A stretch of 37,017 nucleotides of DNA. Origin: an uncultured Rhodopirellula sp. (GTDB taxonomy: Bacteria; Planctomycetota; Planctomycetia; Pirellulales; Pirellulaceae). The DNA lies in the NCBI GenBank assembly GCA_964007735.1, contig CAXGAI010000044.1:1-37017 (forward strand), written 5' to 3'. The position numbers and the translations under genes are program-made. This document shows positions 1 through 8,700 of this stretch, piece after piece (within the stretch, counting starts at the first letter, position 1; every line of letters begins with the position of its first letter). The notes under the pieces were generated by a model. The model had not been told where the DNA came from. It was given only the letters and a program-made list of their open reading frames with translations, and ran no database searches.

Positions 1-62
1 CCGCCCATGCCCATACCGCCGCCGCCCATACCCATACCGCCGCTCATACCCATGCCGCCCAT
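1..62. repeat. Low-complexity (CCG/CCCAT)n tract encoding GGM repeats on the minus strand
   Basis: ccgcccatgcccataccgccgccgcccatacccataccgccgctcatacccatgccgcccat is directly visible. Confidence 0.85.
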
Positions 63-347
63 TTGGCCTAGCATAGGTACGCCAGCGAATGCTTCAGGCA
101 ATCGTACTTTAAGGCCATTCTTCGTCTTGTTGCGGACGATCACGTTGGCGGATTTGCTATTACGCGGAATGAACATGACGTCGATGTCGCCGCGTTTCTT
201 GGCTTCAAAGAAATCGACAAAATCCTGCTTGGTTACTGGAGAATCGCTGTCAGTTCGGTTGGCAGCATTAATGGCGATTGGTAATCCGATCGCATTTGCA
301 GCGAGACCGAATAAAGCAACTCGACGTTTGATTTGAGCCTTGGACAT
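1..347 (-). CDS. Planctomycete-type hypothetical protein with Gly/Met-rich low-complexity segment; 5' part only, continues past the left edge (not in ORF track)
   Basis: Reverse frame opens at ATG 347 with AGGAAA upstream and reads MSKAQIKRRVALFGLAANAIGLPIAINAA...DFFEAKKRGDIDVMFIPRNSKSANVIVRNKT...RLPEAFAGVPMLGQMGGMGMSGGMGMGGGGMGMG with no stop. The N-terminus is signal-peptide-like. Confidence 0.75.
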   Translation of the reverse strand, partial: MSKAQIKRRVALFGLAANAIGLPIAINAANRTDSDSPVTKQDFVDFFEAKKRGDIDVMFIPRNSKSANVIVRNKTKNGLKVRLPEAFAGVPMLGQMGGMGMSGGMGMGGGGMGMG

Positions 348-541
348 GTTCCGATTTCCTCTTGAGTTTCGATAGGCAAAAAGGGCGAGCCTATTCGTTA
401 GGCCGGTTAACGGGCCTGCGCGTTAAAGGTGACGTATTTTATCCCTGTTTATTCTACGCAGTTTTAGTGTGCGCGAGCATAAAACGGGTTGTTTTAGTTT
501 TAATCGCCCATATAAAGGCGGGCAAAATAGCCTTATTAGAA

Positions 542-1870
542 TTATTTTGGCTTGGACACTTTCATAGGAAGGCGATAGCAGACCATTTTCTCGTCATCTC
601 GAGCGAAGATTAAATCTTTGCTGAAAGCCGGGTGCGCCCATGTAAACGCGGTTATTTTGTGCCGGCTCAATTCACTGTAACCATCTGTAGTCAAAGAGGT
701 TACGACTAATTCCCCTTCGGCGTTTAAGCACATTGCCCGATTTGAATTATTGACCCAAACCAGTGATGCCTGGGGATTGCGTCCTCGCGGTGTAAGCTGA
801 TTTTTGTCGGTCCAAACGACTTTACCGGTTATAAGGTTAAAGCAGACTATACCGTGTTGTTTGTCCAGTAGATAAACGTGTTCTTCACGATATAAGGGTT
901 GGGACATCAGCCCGCGCAAATACTGATTTTCTTCCCAAACTAGCTTTGCAGTTTTTAGGTCGTCCGAAACTTTGATCAATTTGGACCCCTCCCAGTATCC
1001 ACAGACCAGAATGTGACCCTGTTCGTAAATAGGGGTGGCGATGGAGACACCGTAGGTGACTTCATAGGGGATCTTCCACTGGGTCTTTCCATTAGCTACT
1101 GACATTCCAATGATATGCTTGGGAGTCCAGCCGACTAATTGCTGAGTTTCACCACGTTTAATCAGAATGGGAGCAGTGTAACCGGCTGGATCATCTCCGT
1201 TTCGCCAAATCTCTTTGCCGGTGTTGCAGTCGAAGGCAGCAAAGCATCCATTGGGCTGGAGGGCTGCATGTACAATCACTTGTGAATCATTGACGACCAG
1301 AGGGGAGGCTGAATAACCCCAGGTGGGAACTTTGGCTTTTTCCTCGGCGACTAAGTCTCGTTGCCAAATCTTCATTCCGGTGGTTGCATTCAGGCAAGTT
1401 AGATGTCCAACGGCCCCCAGCGTGTAAACTTTGCCTCGGTGGAAAGTGGGCGTAACTCGCGGACCTTTGTTGTAGTCCAGATCTTTGTAATGTGCTGAAT
1501 ATGAAAATTGCCAAACCAGATCCCCGGTTTTCTTATTAACGCAGAAGACTCTTTCATTGCCAGCTAGCGGATCACTCTCGGTTTGGCCATTGTCGATTCG
1601 ATCCATGGTGATGACCAAATCCCCTGAGACTGTAATCCCGCTATATGAGGGCCCAACGGCTCGTTCCCATACTAGTGTTGGTTTGTTGTTTGACCAATCC
1701 AGTTGTATGTTCTTTGGCGCAGACCAGTGCCCGGTTCCTCCCGGACCTCTCCAGCGTGGCCAGTCATTCAGCGTTTGCTGAGCTTGCAGAGAGTTCAGAA
1801 AAAGTGAATGCACGAATAGTACAGCAACGGCAAACAGTTTGGTGAGGCTAAGATGGAGGTGCATAAACAA
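542..1870 (-). CDS. Exported PQQ-like beta-propeller repeat protein (PQQ_2/BamB-like family expanded in planctomycetes)
   Basis: Signal peptide, the typical DWPRWRGP start of the mature domain, and repeated AFD/CLN..TGK..W tryptophan-docking motifs. The start may be ATG 1864. Confidence 0.85.
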   Translation of the reverse strand: MFMHLHLSLTKLFAVAVLFVHSLFLNSLQAQQTLNDWPRWRGPGGTGHWSAPKNIQLDWSNNKPTLVWERAVGPSYSGITVSGDLVITMDRIDNGQTESDPLAGNERVFCVNKKTGDLVWQFSYSAHYKDLDYNKGPRVTPTFHRGKVYTLGAVGHLTCLNATTGMKIWQRDLVAEEKAKVPTWGYSASPLVVNDSQVIVHAALQPNGCFAAFDCNTGKEIWRNGDDPAGYTAPILIKRGETQQLVGWTPKHIIGMSVANGKTQWKIPYEVTYGVSIATPIYEQGHILVCGYWEGSKLIKVSDDLKTAKLVWEENQYLRGLMSQPLYREEHVYLLDKQHGIVCFNLITGKVVWTDKNQLTPRGRNPQASLVWVNNSNRAMCLNAEGELVVTSLTTDGYSELSRHKITAFTWAHPAFSKDLIFARDDEKMVCYRLPMKVSKPK

Positions 1871-2105
1871 TCAAAGTGAAATGCCAAAGCATTGGCAGTA
1901 GAAAAAATTGGCCTATTTTCATCATATGAAATTCCTAAAATGGTCTGTTGAACATTTGTGAAAATACGTGAAAAAACTTGTGATATTTGGCCTGCGAAAT
2001 AGTTGACCACCGCTTTTCTCATTGGATAGACTACCCTTCCTGAAAGCACGGAATGTATTTAACAAAAGTTAGCAAGATCAGGCTCAGAAAATCGGGTTTT
2101 CGATT

Positions 2106-4727
2106 GTGAAGGATGCAGGAATGAACTCATTAAGGAACGCAATTTACAGAGGTAGCATCAGGCGAAGTAATATCTTTTGCTTGGTACCTGTCTTGTTGTT
2201 TGTAATGTTTGCAGGCGATGTTGCGTCAGCCGCTGAGGCAGCGGGAGCTACGGGCTCAGGTTCGGACAGAATCTTTTGGGGGATTTGCTTCGTCGCAGCG
2301 ATGACAGCTCTCATTCAGGCTTACCTATTCTTTCGTGCGATGATGGCCAGCGATGAAGGTAATGAGCGAATGATTGAACTGGCAGGCCACGTTCGGTCAG
2401 GGGCCCAAGCTTATCTCACGCAGCAGTACAAAGTGGTCATGGTATTCTTTGGAGTGATCTTTGTTTTTCTGACAATCGCTGCATTTGTTCTCAAAGTACA
2501 AAGTGAGTATGTGCCATTCGCTTTCGTCACAGGAGGCTTGTTTTCGGGTTTAGCTGGATTCTTCGGTATGAAGACTGCGACCTGGGCAAGTAGCCGTACG
2601 GCCGCCGGAGCTCAGCGTAGTTTGAACGAAGGTCTGCGAGTTGCCTTTCGGTCTGGAGCGGTGATGGGGCTGACAGTGGTCGGTCTGGGGCTTCTGGATA
2701 TTGTGATTTGGTATGCGATTCTGAAATGGGTCTTTGATCTTAATTTGTCCCAACTTTCAGTTACCATGTTGTGCTTTGGAATGGGGGCAAGTTCTCAGGC
2801 GTTATTTGCTCGTGTTGGTGGTGGTATCTTCACGAAGGCAGCCGATGTTGGTGCTGACCTGGTTGGAAAAGTTGAACAGGGTATTCCTGAGGATGATCCG
2901 CGTAATCCGGCTACGATTGCTGACAACGTTGGCGATAATGTTGGTGACGTGGCTGGCATGGGAGCTGACCTTTATGAGAGTTATTGTGGATCTATTCTGG
3001 CGACTGCTGCCTTGGGAGTCGCGGCATTTGATGCGGATAAGCAGATGGGAGCTTTGTTTCTCCCAATGTGTATCGCGGCAGTGGGGATCTTCCTTTCGAT
3101 CATTGGAATCTATCTCATCAAGAGTGATGATGATGCCAGTCAGTCGGCCTTATTGAAGGCACTCGCAAAAGGGGTTAATACTTCGACGGTCTTAGTGGCC
3201 GTGGCAGCATTACTGCTGACAAACTGGATCATGGGGAGTGAACACTGGATGATTGCTCTGAGTGTTATTGTTGGTTTAGGTTCTGGGTGGATCATTGGAT
3301 TTTGGACCGAGTATGTAACCAGTGATGAGTATCAACCGACCAGAGAGCTTTCCGAGTCAGCTCAAATGGGTCCGGCCAATGTCATTATTCGGGGGATTGC
3401 TGACGGAATGCAGAGTGTCTGGTTGCCGGTTTTGGTTATCTGTGCGGCAACGCTGCTCGCCTTTGGTTTTGCCAATGGCTTTGAGTTCCGTGATGTCAAT
3501 GAATTTACCAAGGGGCTTTACGGAGTAGGGATCGCCGCCGTTGGTATGTTGAGTACGCTGGGTATTACGTTGGCAACCGATGCCTATGGTCCGATTGCAG
3601 ATAATGCTGGTGGGAACGCCGAGATGTCAGGATTGGAGCCCATTGTTCGTGAACGCACAGATGCTCTCGATAGCCTGGGGAATACGACGGCTGCCACCGG
3701 GAAAGGATTTGCGATTGGTTCAGCTGCTTTGACCGCACTGGCTTTGTTGGCTGCGTACGTAGAACAGGTTCGTGATGGTTTTGACCGTTGGGCTGTCGCA
3801 GCTATGACTGAAGAAGCGGATGGAAGCTGGTATAAATTGAACAGCCAGTTATTGGTGCAAAATCTTGCTGATGACCCAGATACCCAGAAAGAGGAAGGTC
3901 CGGTTTCTTGGTTAGCCTTTCCTGATGAAGTGAACCGCGCGTCCACGTGGCGAAAAACCGAGAGTGATACCGCCAAACCGATTGCCGGTGATTTTGAAAT
4001 TACAGATGTCAGCGGAACACCACAGCGCTTGACAAAGGAACTAAAGCTTGAGGGTGAACGGATTTTATTAACCGTTGATGGGCAGGAAATGACTTTGGTT
4101 CGTCGGGACAAAGCAACGCTTCCTGATTTTGCTAGATACTATGATGCATCGCTACTCAATCCAAAGATTCTGGTGGGGGTCTTTGTGGGCTGTATGGCCA
4201 CCTTTGTATTCTGTGCGATGACCATGAATGCTGTCGGGCGTGCTGCGGGTGGAATGGTGGATGAAGTTCGTCGTCAGTTCAAAGAAAAACCCGGTATCTT
4301 AGACTATACGGAAACTCCGGACTATGCGGCGCCTGTCCGTATTAGTACCGTCGCTGCGCAGAAAGAAATGATTGCGCCGTCATTGCTTGGGCTTTTGACT
4401 CCATTGATAACAGGCTTATTGCTGGGCGTGGGTGGCGTGCTTGGCATGCTTGTAGGAACGATGACTTCCGGGTTTTGTGTAGCCATCTTTATGTCGAACT
4501 CAGGTGGCGCCTGGGACAATGCAAAGAAATATATTGAGACCGGCAAGTACGGTGGTAAAGGCTCCGCTGCTCACAAAGCTGGTGTTGTTGGAGACACGGT
4601 TGGTGACCCATTCAAAGATACCAGCGGCCCCAGTCTCAACATTTTGATCAAACTGATGAGTATGGTTAGTGTTGTGATTGCTGGTTTGGTAGTGCGTTAC
4701 AGCCTTACAGCCTTAGAAATCTTCTAA
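2106..4727 (+). CDS. hppA: Membrane-bound K+-dependent sodium-translocating pyrophosphatase (Na+ or Na+,H+-PPase)
   Basis: GGGIFTKAADVGADLVGKVE, DDPRNPATIADNVGDNVGD, DNAGGNAEM, GNTTAATGKGFAIGS and GDTVGDPFKDTSGPS motifs. Exact start uncertain (GTG 2106 or ATG 2121). Confidence 0.97.
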   Translation: MKDAGMNSLRNAIYRGSIRRSNIFCLVPVLLFVMFAGDVASAAEAAGATGSGSDRIFWGICFVAAMTALIQAYLFFRAMMASDEGNERMIELAGHVRSGAQAYLTQQYKVVMVFFGVIFVFLTIAAFVLKVQSEYVPFAFVTGGLFSGLAGFFGMKTATWASSRTAAGAQRSLNEGLRVAFRSGAVMGLTVVGLGLLDIVIWYAILKWVFDLNLSQLSVTMLCFGMGASSQALFARVGGGIFTKAADVGADLVGKVEQGIPEDDPRNPATIADNVGDNVGDVAGMGADLYESYCGSILATAALGVAAFDADKQMGALFLPMCIAAVGIFLSIIGIYLIKSDDDASQSALLKALAKGVNTSTVLVAVAALLLTNWIMGSEHWMIALSVIVGLGSGWIIGFWTEYVTSDEYQPTRELSESAQMGPANVIIRGIADGMQSVWLPVLVICAATLLAFGFANGFEFRDVNEFTKGLYGVGIAAVGMLSTLGITLATDAYGPIADNAGGNAEMSGLEPIVRERTDALDSLGNTTAATGKGFAIGSAALTALALLAAYVEQVRDGFDRWAVAAMTEEADGSWYKLNSQLLVQNLADDPDTQKEEGPVSWLAFPDEVNRASTWRKTESDTAKPIAGDFEITDVSGTPQRLTKELKLEGERILLTVDGQEMTLVRRDKATLPDFARYYDASLLNPKILVGVFVGCMATFVFCAMTMNAVGRAAGGMVDEVRRQFKEKPGILDYTETPDYAAPVRISTVAAQKEMIAPSLLGLLTPLITGLLLGVGGVLGMLVGTMTSGFCVAIFMSNSGGAWDNAKKYIETGKYGGKGSAAHKAGVVGDTVGDPFKDTSGPSLNILIKLMSMVSVVIAGLVVRYSLTALEIF

Positions 4728-4859
4728 GCATTTGCGGAACGCGAGTTGTTTGGCAGTTGAATGTCATAGACCGGTGATTTCTGCCGGTGACATTATTCCG
4801 ATGTGCGAGTAAAATTCGTTATTGGCGCCGGCAGTGTGCGCTAGTTTTCCAATGGAATA

Positions 4860-5324
4860 GTGACTGTGACTGATTCAATAAACGAAGAAGAGTATTTACC
4901 GAGTTCCGACCGCCTGCCTCGTGGGGAAGTTCCTAATGAAGCAGAGCGAATCGCTCGTAGTTTGGAGTTAGCCCGAGCCGCGGCGGAGACTGCTGCGGAA
5001 AATGCTGGCCGTAATATTGTTGTGTTAGATGTTCGCCAACAATCAACCATGTTTGATTTCTTCGTGTTGGCAACGGGTTCAAGTCGCCGTCAGCTACACG
5101 CAATGAGTGAAGAAATTGATCACAAATTAGAAGACGATCTTAAAGACCGGCGAATTGGTATCGAAGGGTATCAGGAAAGTCGCTGGATTCTTCTTGACTA
5201 CGGTAGTATTGTCATTCACCTGTTTGACGATGAATCGCGAGAATATTACAGTCTTGAATCATTATGGGCGGATGCAACGAAAGTTGATGTTTCTGATTTA
5301 ATTCCGGCCGAACAGCTTGGTTAA
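4860..5324 (+). CDS. rsfS: Ribosome silencing factor RsfS (Iojap)
   Basis: NIVVLDV...DFFVLATGSSRRQLHAM...EG....WILLDYGSIVIHLFDDESREYYSLESLW. Confidence 0.95.
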   Translation: MTVTDSINEEEYLPSSDRLPRGEVPNEAERIARSLELARAAAETAAENAGRNIVVLDVRQQSTMFDFFVLATGSSRRQLHAMSEEIDHKLEDDLKDRRIGIEGYQESRWILLDYGSIVIHLFDDESREYYSLESLWADATKVDVSDLIPAEQLG

Positions 5325-5362
5325 GTCGTGCTTTGCGACCTAAGGATACGACACCGAACACC

Positions 5363-7342
5363 ATGAATATTCTTGCTGAATTAAAAAAGAGATTTCACGA
5401 TGTGATGGCAGAGTATGCTGGCGACTCGGATGTGCAAAGTCTGCTTGATATGATCAGGCCAGCTCAGGATGCACGTTTTGGAGATTACCAGGCCAACTGT
5501 GCAATGCCGCTTGGCAAGCAACTGGGGAAAGCTCCGCGCGACGTGGCAGCCGAGATTTTGGAAAAAGTCCAGATTGATGATATTTGCAGTCACACAGATA
5601 TCGCAGGTCCGGGGTTTATTAATCTCACGGTTTGTCAGGACTGGCTCAACTCTCAGGTTAACTCCGCCGCCGCCGATAACCGCGTTGGTGTTGGCCTTGT
5701 TAAAGACCCTGAAACCTATATTCTCGACTACTCGTCTCCTAATGTTGCGAAGCCCATGCATGTAGGACATATTCGTTCGACGGTAATCGGTGATAGTCTC
5801 GCTCGCACGCTTCGATTTCTGGGACATAAAGTGATTGCGGATAACCATCTTGGCGACTGGGGTACTCAGTTTGGGATGATTATTTATGGCTACAAGCATT
5901 TTGTAGACCAGCAAGCCTATCAGCAGCACGAAGTGAAAGAACTTAGCCGGCTTTATCGATTGGTTAATCAACTGATTGAATATTGGAAGAGTAAAAAAGG
6001 TCTGGGCTCCCAGCAGCGACAAATCGAAGAGCGTATGACTGATGTTGAACGTTTGGAACGAGTCGATCCAACAGGTGATAAAAAAGAAGATAAAAAGCAT
6101 GCGAAAGCGTTAGGCCGAGCCAGAGGGCAATTAGCACAGGCTCGGCAGGCATTAGAACTACTGCATGCCAAAGTGACGGCTGTCGACGGTGATCAGCAAC
6201 TTTATGCTTACGCACAGCAGCACCCGGATATTGCACGTAGTTCTCTTTTGGAAACGGCGAAGCTTCATGAAGGTGATGTTACGAACCGAGAGTTATGGGA
6301 AGAATTTCTGCCGAAGTGTCGTGAAGATATTCAACGAGTCTATACTCGACTGAACGTTGAATTTGATGTGGAATATGGAGAGAGTTTTTATCACGAGATG
6401 CTGCCGGGAGTTGTGGCTGGTTTGCAAGAGGTAGGTCTGGCATCTGAAAGTGAAGGTGCTCAGTGTGTCTTCCTGGAGGAATTCGAAACGCCGATGATCA
6501 TTCAAAAGAGTGACGGTGCGTATCTGTATGCCACAACGGATCTGGCCACGATCAACTACCGAATGAAAGAATGGGATGCGGATGAAATTCTCTACGTTGT
6601 GGACCATCGGCAAAGCGAGCATTTTCAGAAATTGTTCGCTGTGGCGAATGCCTGGAACGCTCCGGACGTAAAACTGCATCACATCAGTTTTGGCACGGTT
6701 CTGGATGAAAATGGTCGTCCCTACAAGACGAGGTCAGGTGATGCAGTTGGTTTGGAAGGGCTCTTAGACGAAGCAGTACGTAAAGCATTTGAGGTCGTTT
6801 CTGCTAATGACGATGGAAAACCAAATGGACCAGAGTTAGACGAAGCAACTCGTAATCATATCGCTGATGTGGTTGGCCATGGAGCTATTAAGTATGCAGA
6901 TTTGTCTCACAACCGAACCAGTGACTACGTTTTCAGCTATGACAAGATGATGGCTCTAGAAGGAAATACTGCGACTTATATGCAGTATTGCTATGCGCGA
7001 GTTCAAAGTATCTTTCGAAAGGGAGGTGTTGAACTGGCCGAGCTACGCCGAAGCCCACGGGCAATCGTTCTGGGACATGAGGCTGAACGAGCACTTGCTA
7101 TGATGCTTATGCGTTACTCAGAAGCTCTCGGAAATGTGCTAGATGAATATCGCCCAAATCAGCTTACTAATTATCTATTCGATTTGGCTAAACGGTTCTC
7201 ATCGTTTTTTGAGCAGTGCCCTGTTTTGAAGGCAGAGGACGAAGCAGTCAAACAAAGCCGACTTCAGTTGTGTGACCTGACGGGCCGAGTGATCGCTCAT
7301 GGGTTGAGCTTGTTAGGTATCGGGGTTGTCGAACAGATGTGA
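5363..7342 (+). CDS. argS: Arginine--tRNA ligase
   Basis: FGDYQAN, AGPGFIN, DYSSPNVAKPMHVGHIRST (HIGH), NHLGDWGTQFG, YKTRSG, EGNTATYMQY and C-terminal LGIGVVEQM. ATG 5363 is preferred over TTG 5333. Confidence 0.97.
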   Translation: MNILAELKKRFHDVMAEYAGDSDVQSLLDMIRPAQDARFGDYQANCAMPLGKQLGKAPRDVAAEILEKVQIDDICSHTDIAGPGFINLTVCQDWLNSQVNSAAADNRVGVGLVKDPETYILDYSSPNVAKPMHVGHIRSTVIGDSLARTLRFLGHKVIADNHLGDWGTQFGMIIYGYKHFVDQQAYQQHEVKELSRLYRLVNQLIEYWKSKKGLGSQQRQIEERMTDVERLERVDPTGDKKEDKKHAKALGRARGQLAQARQALELLHAKVTAVDGDQQLYAYAQQHPDIARSSLLETAKLHEGDVTNRELWEEFLPKCREDIQRVYTRLNVEFDVEYGESFYHEMLPGVVAGLQEVGLASESEGAQCVFLEEFETPMIIQKSDGAYLYATTDLATINYRMKEWDADEILYVVDHRQSEHFQKLFAVANAWNAPDVKLHHISFGTVLDENGRPYKTRSGDAVGLEGLLDEAVRKAFEVVSANDDGKPNGPELDEATRNHIADVVGHGAIKYADLSHNRTSDYVFSYDKMMALEGNTATYMQYCYARVQSIFRKGGVELAELRRSPRAIVLGHEAERALAMMLMRYSEALGNVLDEYRPNQLTNYLFDLAKRFSSFFEQCPVLKAEDEAVKQSRLQLCDLTGRVIAHGLSLLGIGVVEQM

Positions 7343-7392
7343 TCCAACTCCATAAGGAGCTCTTGGAATGGAAAACGAGAGAGTATAGAGAC

Positions 7393-8508
7393 ATGGCTAA
7401 TCAGGCGCTACAATCGACTGACGAGCGTGAACGAGCATTATTAGCTTCGTATGCCATGTTCTCAAATTTAAGCGAAGGCCGCCGATACGAAGAAGATGAG
7501 CACCCGTATCGTAGTTTTTTTCAAAGAGATCGTGATCGAATTGTCTACAGTGCTGCTTATCGTCGTTTGAGCGGCAAGATGCAGGTCTTTACTGGAGATA
7601 TGGGTGACTATCACCGAACTAGGTTAACCCATACTCAGGAAGTAGCATCCATTGCGAGAACGATGGGTCGAGCATTGCGTCTAAACGAAGACCTGATTGA
7701 AGCGTTAGCCTTATTTCATGATATTGGGCATCCTCCCTACGGTCATGCCGGTGAAGATGCGTTGGATGAATGTTTGAAAGATGAGGGGGGCTTCTCTCAC
7801 AATCAATATGCATTGACGATTGCTGAAGAATTGGAGACGCGACACCAGAGTTTTCCAGGTTTGAATTTGACCAAAGAGGTTCTTTCAGGCCAGGCGACCC
7901 GTGTGGATAAAGAAGCTAACGGAGTGCAGCCATTATTGGAAGCACAGGTTGTTGAAGCGGCTGACTCCATGACCTACGACGCTCATGATGTAGATGATGC
8001 GCTTAAACTAGGGCTGGTAACACTTGACGAGGTTCACGAGCAGGAGATGATCCGAATCTGTGTTGATTTGATTAAGCAGCGAGCATCAGATTTGGGGCCG
8101 GAAGAGTATATACGTGCTTTGATTCACACGATGGTGGATTGTCAGGTAACCAACGTATTAGAAAATGCCGGACCATTTTTGGCAAATTCGGGGTGGACGT
8201 CTATCAACCATGTTCGTCAATCAGATTATCGAATTGGGACCGTTGGCGAATTGGCGGATACCAAAAAAGCAATGGAAGGATTCTTGTATGAACGTGTTTA
8301 TCGCCATCCGGAATTAATAAAAACACGTGAGCGAGCTCAGTCCCAGATCCACACTCTATTTGATACGTTCGTGGCAAATCCAGCCCCCTTGCCGGCCCGT
8401 TTCAAGAAACGTATCGAAATTGTAGGCTTACGCCGCAGTGTGGGCGATTACATCGCCGGCATGACAGATCGGTTTTTCGAACAACAATACCTTGCCTTTG
8501 TTGGTTAA
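7393..8508 (+). CDS. dgt: Deoxyguanosinetriphosphate triphosphohydrolase (HD-family dNTPase, short type)
   Basis: RSFFQRDRDRIVYSAAYRRLSGKMQVF, RTRLTHT, HDIGHPPYGHAGE, EAQVVEAADSMTYDAHDVDD and DYIAGMTDRF. Alternative start GTG 7339 overlaps the argS stop. Confidence 0.93.
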   Translation: MANQALQSTDERERALLASYAMFSNLSEGRRYEEDEHPYRSFFQRDRDRIVYSAAYRRLSGKMQVFTGDMGDYHRTRLTHTQEVASIARTMGRALRLNEDLIEALALFHDIGHPPYGHAGEDALDECLKDEGGFSHNQYALTIAEELETRHQSFPGLNLTKEVLSGQATRVDKEANGVQPLLEAQVVEAADSMTYDAHDVDDALKLGLVTLDEVHEQEMIRICVDLIKQRASDLGPEEYIRALIHTMVDCQVTNVLENAGPFLANSGWTSINHVRQSDYRIGTVGELADTKKAMEGFLYERVYRHPELIKTRERAQSQIHTLFDTFVANPAPLPARFKKRIEIVGLRRSVGDYIAGMTDRFFEQQYLAFVG

Positions 8509-8700
8509 AGCTCGTAGAACCTTCTAGCTTCTCAACCCATTCAGTTTTAGAATCGTTGATGTATATCACCTCTTCTAATGGCAGTCTTTTGCCCTGCCGT
8601 TGGGACTTTTAATAACTTTTATTTATTCGCCGATTGGACGCGATTGTGTTTCGTTCGGCAAACATCTCATTAACGTTTTTATATTAAGGCATTTTTTATC

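Noticed and set aside
7..336. Pro-rich + strand ORF (MPIPPPPIP...)
   Set aside because: It is the antisense shadow of the Gly/Met-rich minus-strand gene, which has an RBS and a protein-like sequence.
371..530. Short hairpins (ATAGGC/GCCTAT, AGGCC/GGCCT) and ORF 362..613
   Set aside because: The stems are only 5-6 bp with no U-tract, and the ORF has no recognisable features and overlaps a real gene.
542..1870. Calling this bamB or a PQQ enzyme
   Set aside because: There is no lipobox Cys or Bam gene context, and planctomycetes carry many such propeller paralogs of unknown function.
5381..6100. Long antisense ORFs (239 aa here; also 3584..4111, 11849..12349 and 24339..24926)
   Set aside because: They lie wholly opposite well-supported genes and show no motifs.
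7393..8508. dGTPase as an anti-phage defence gene
   Set aside because: It is the short housekeeping type next to argS, with no defence-island or mobile-element context.
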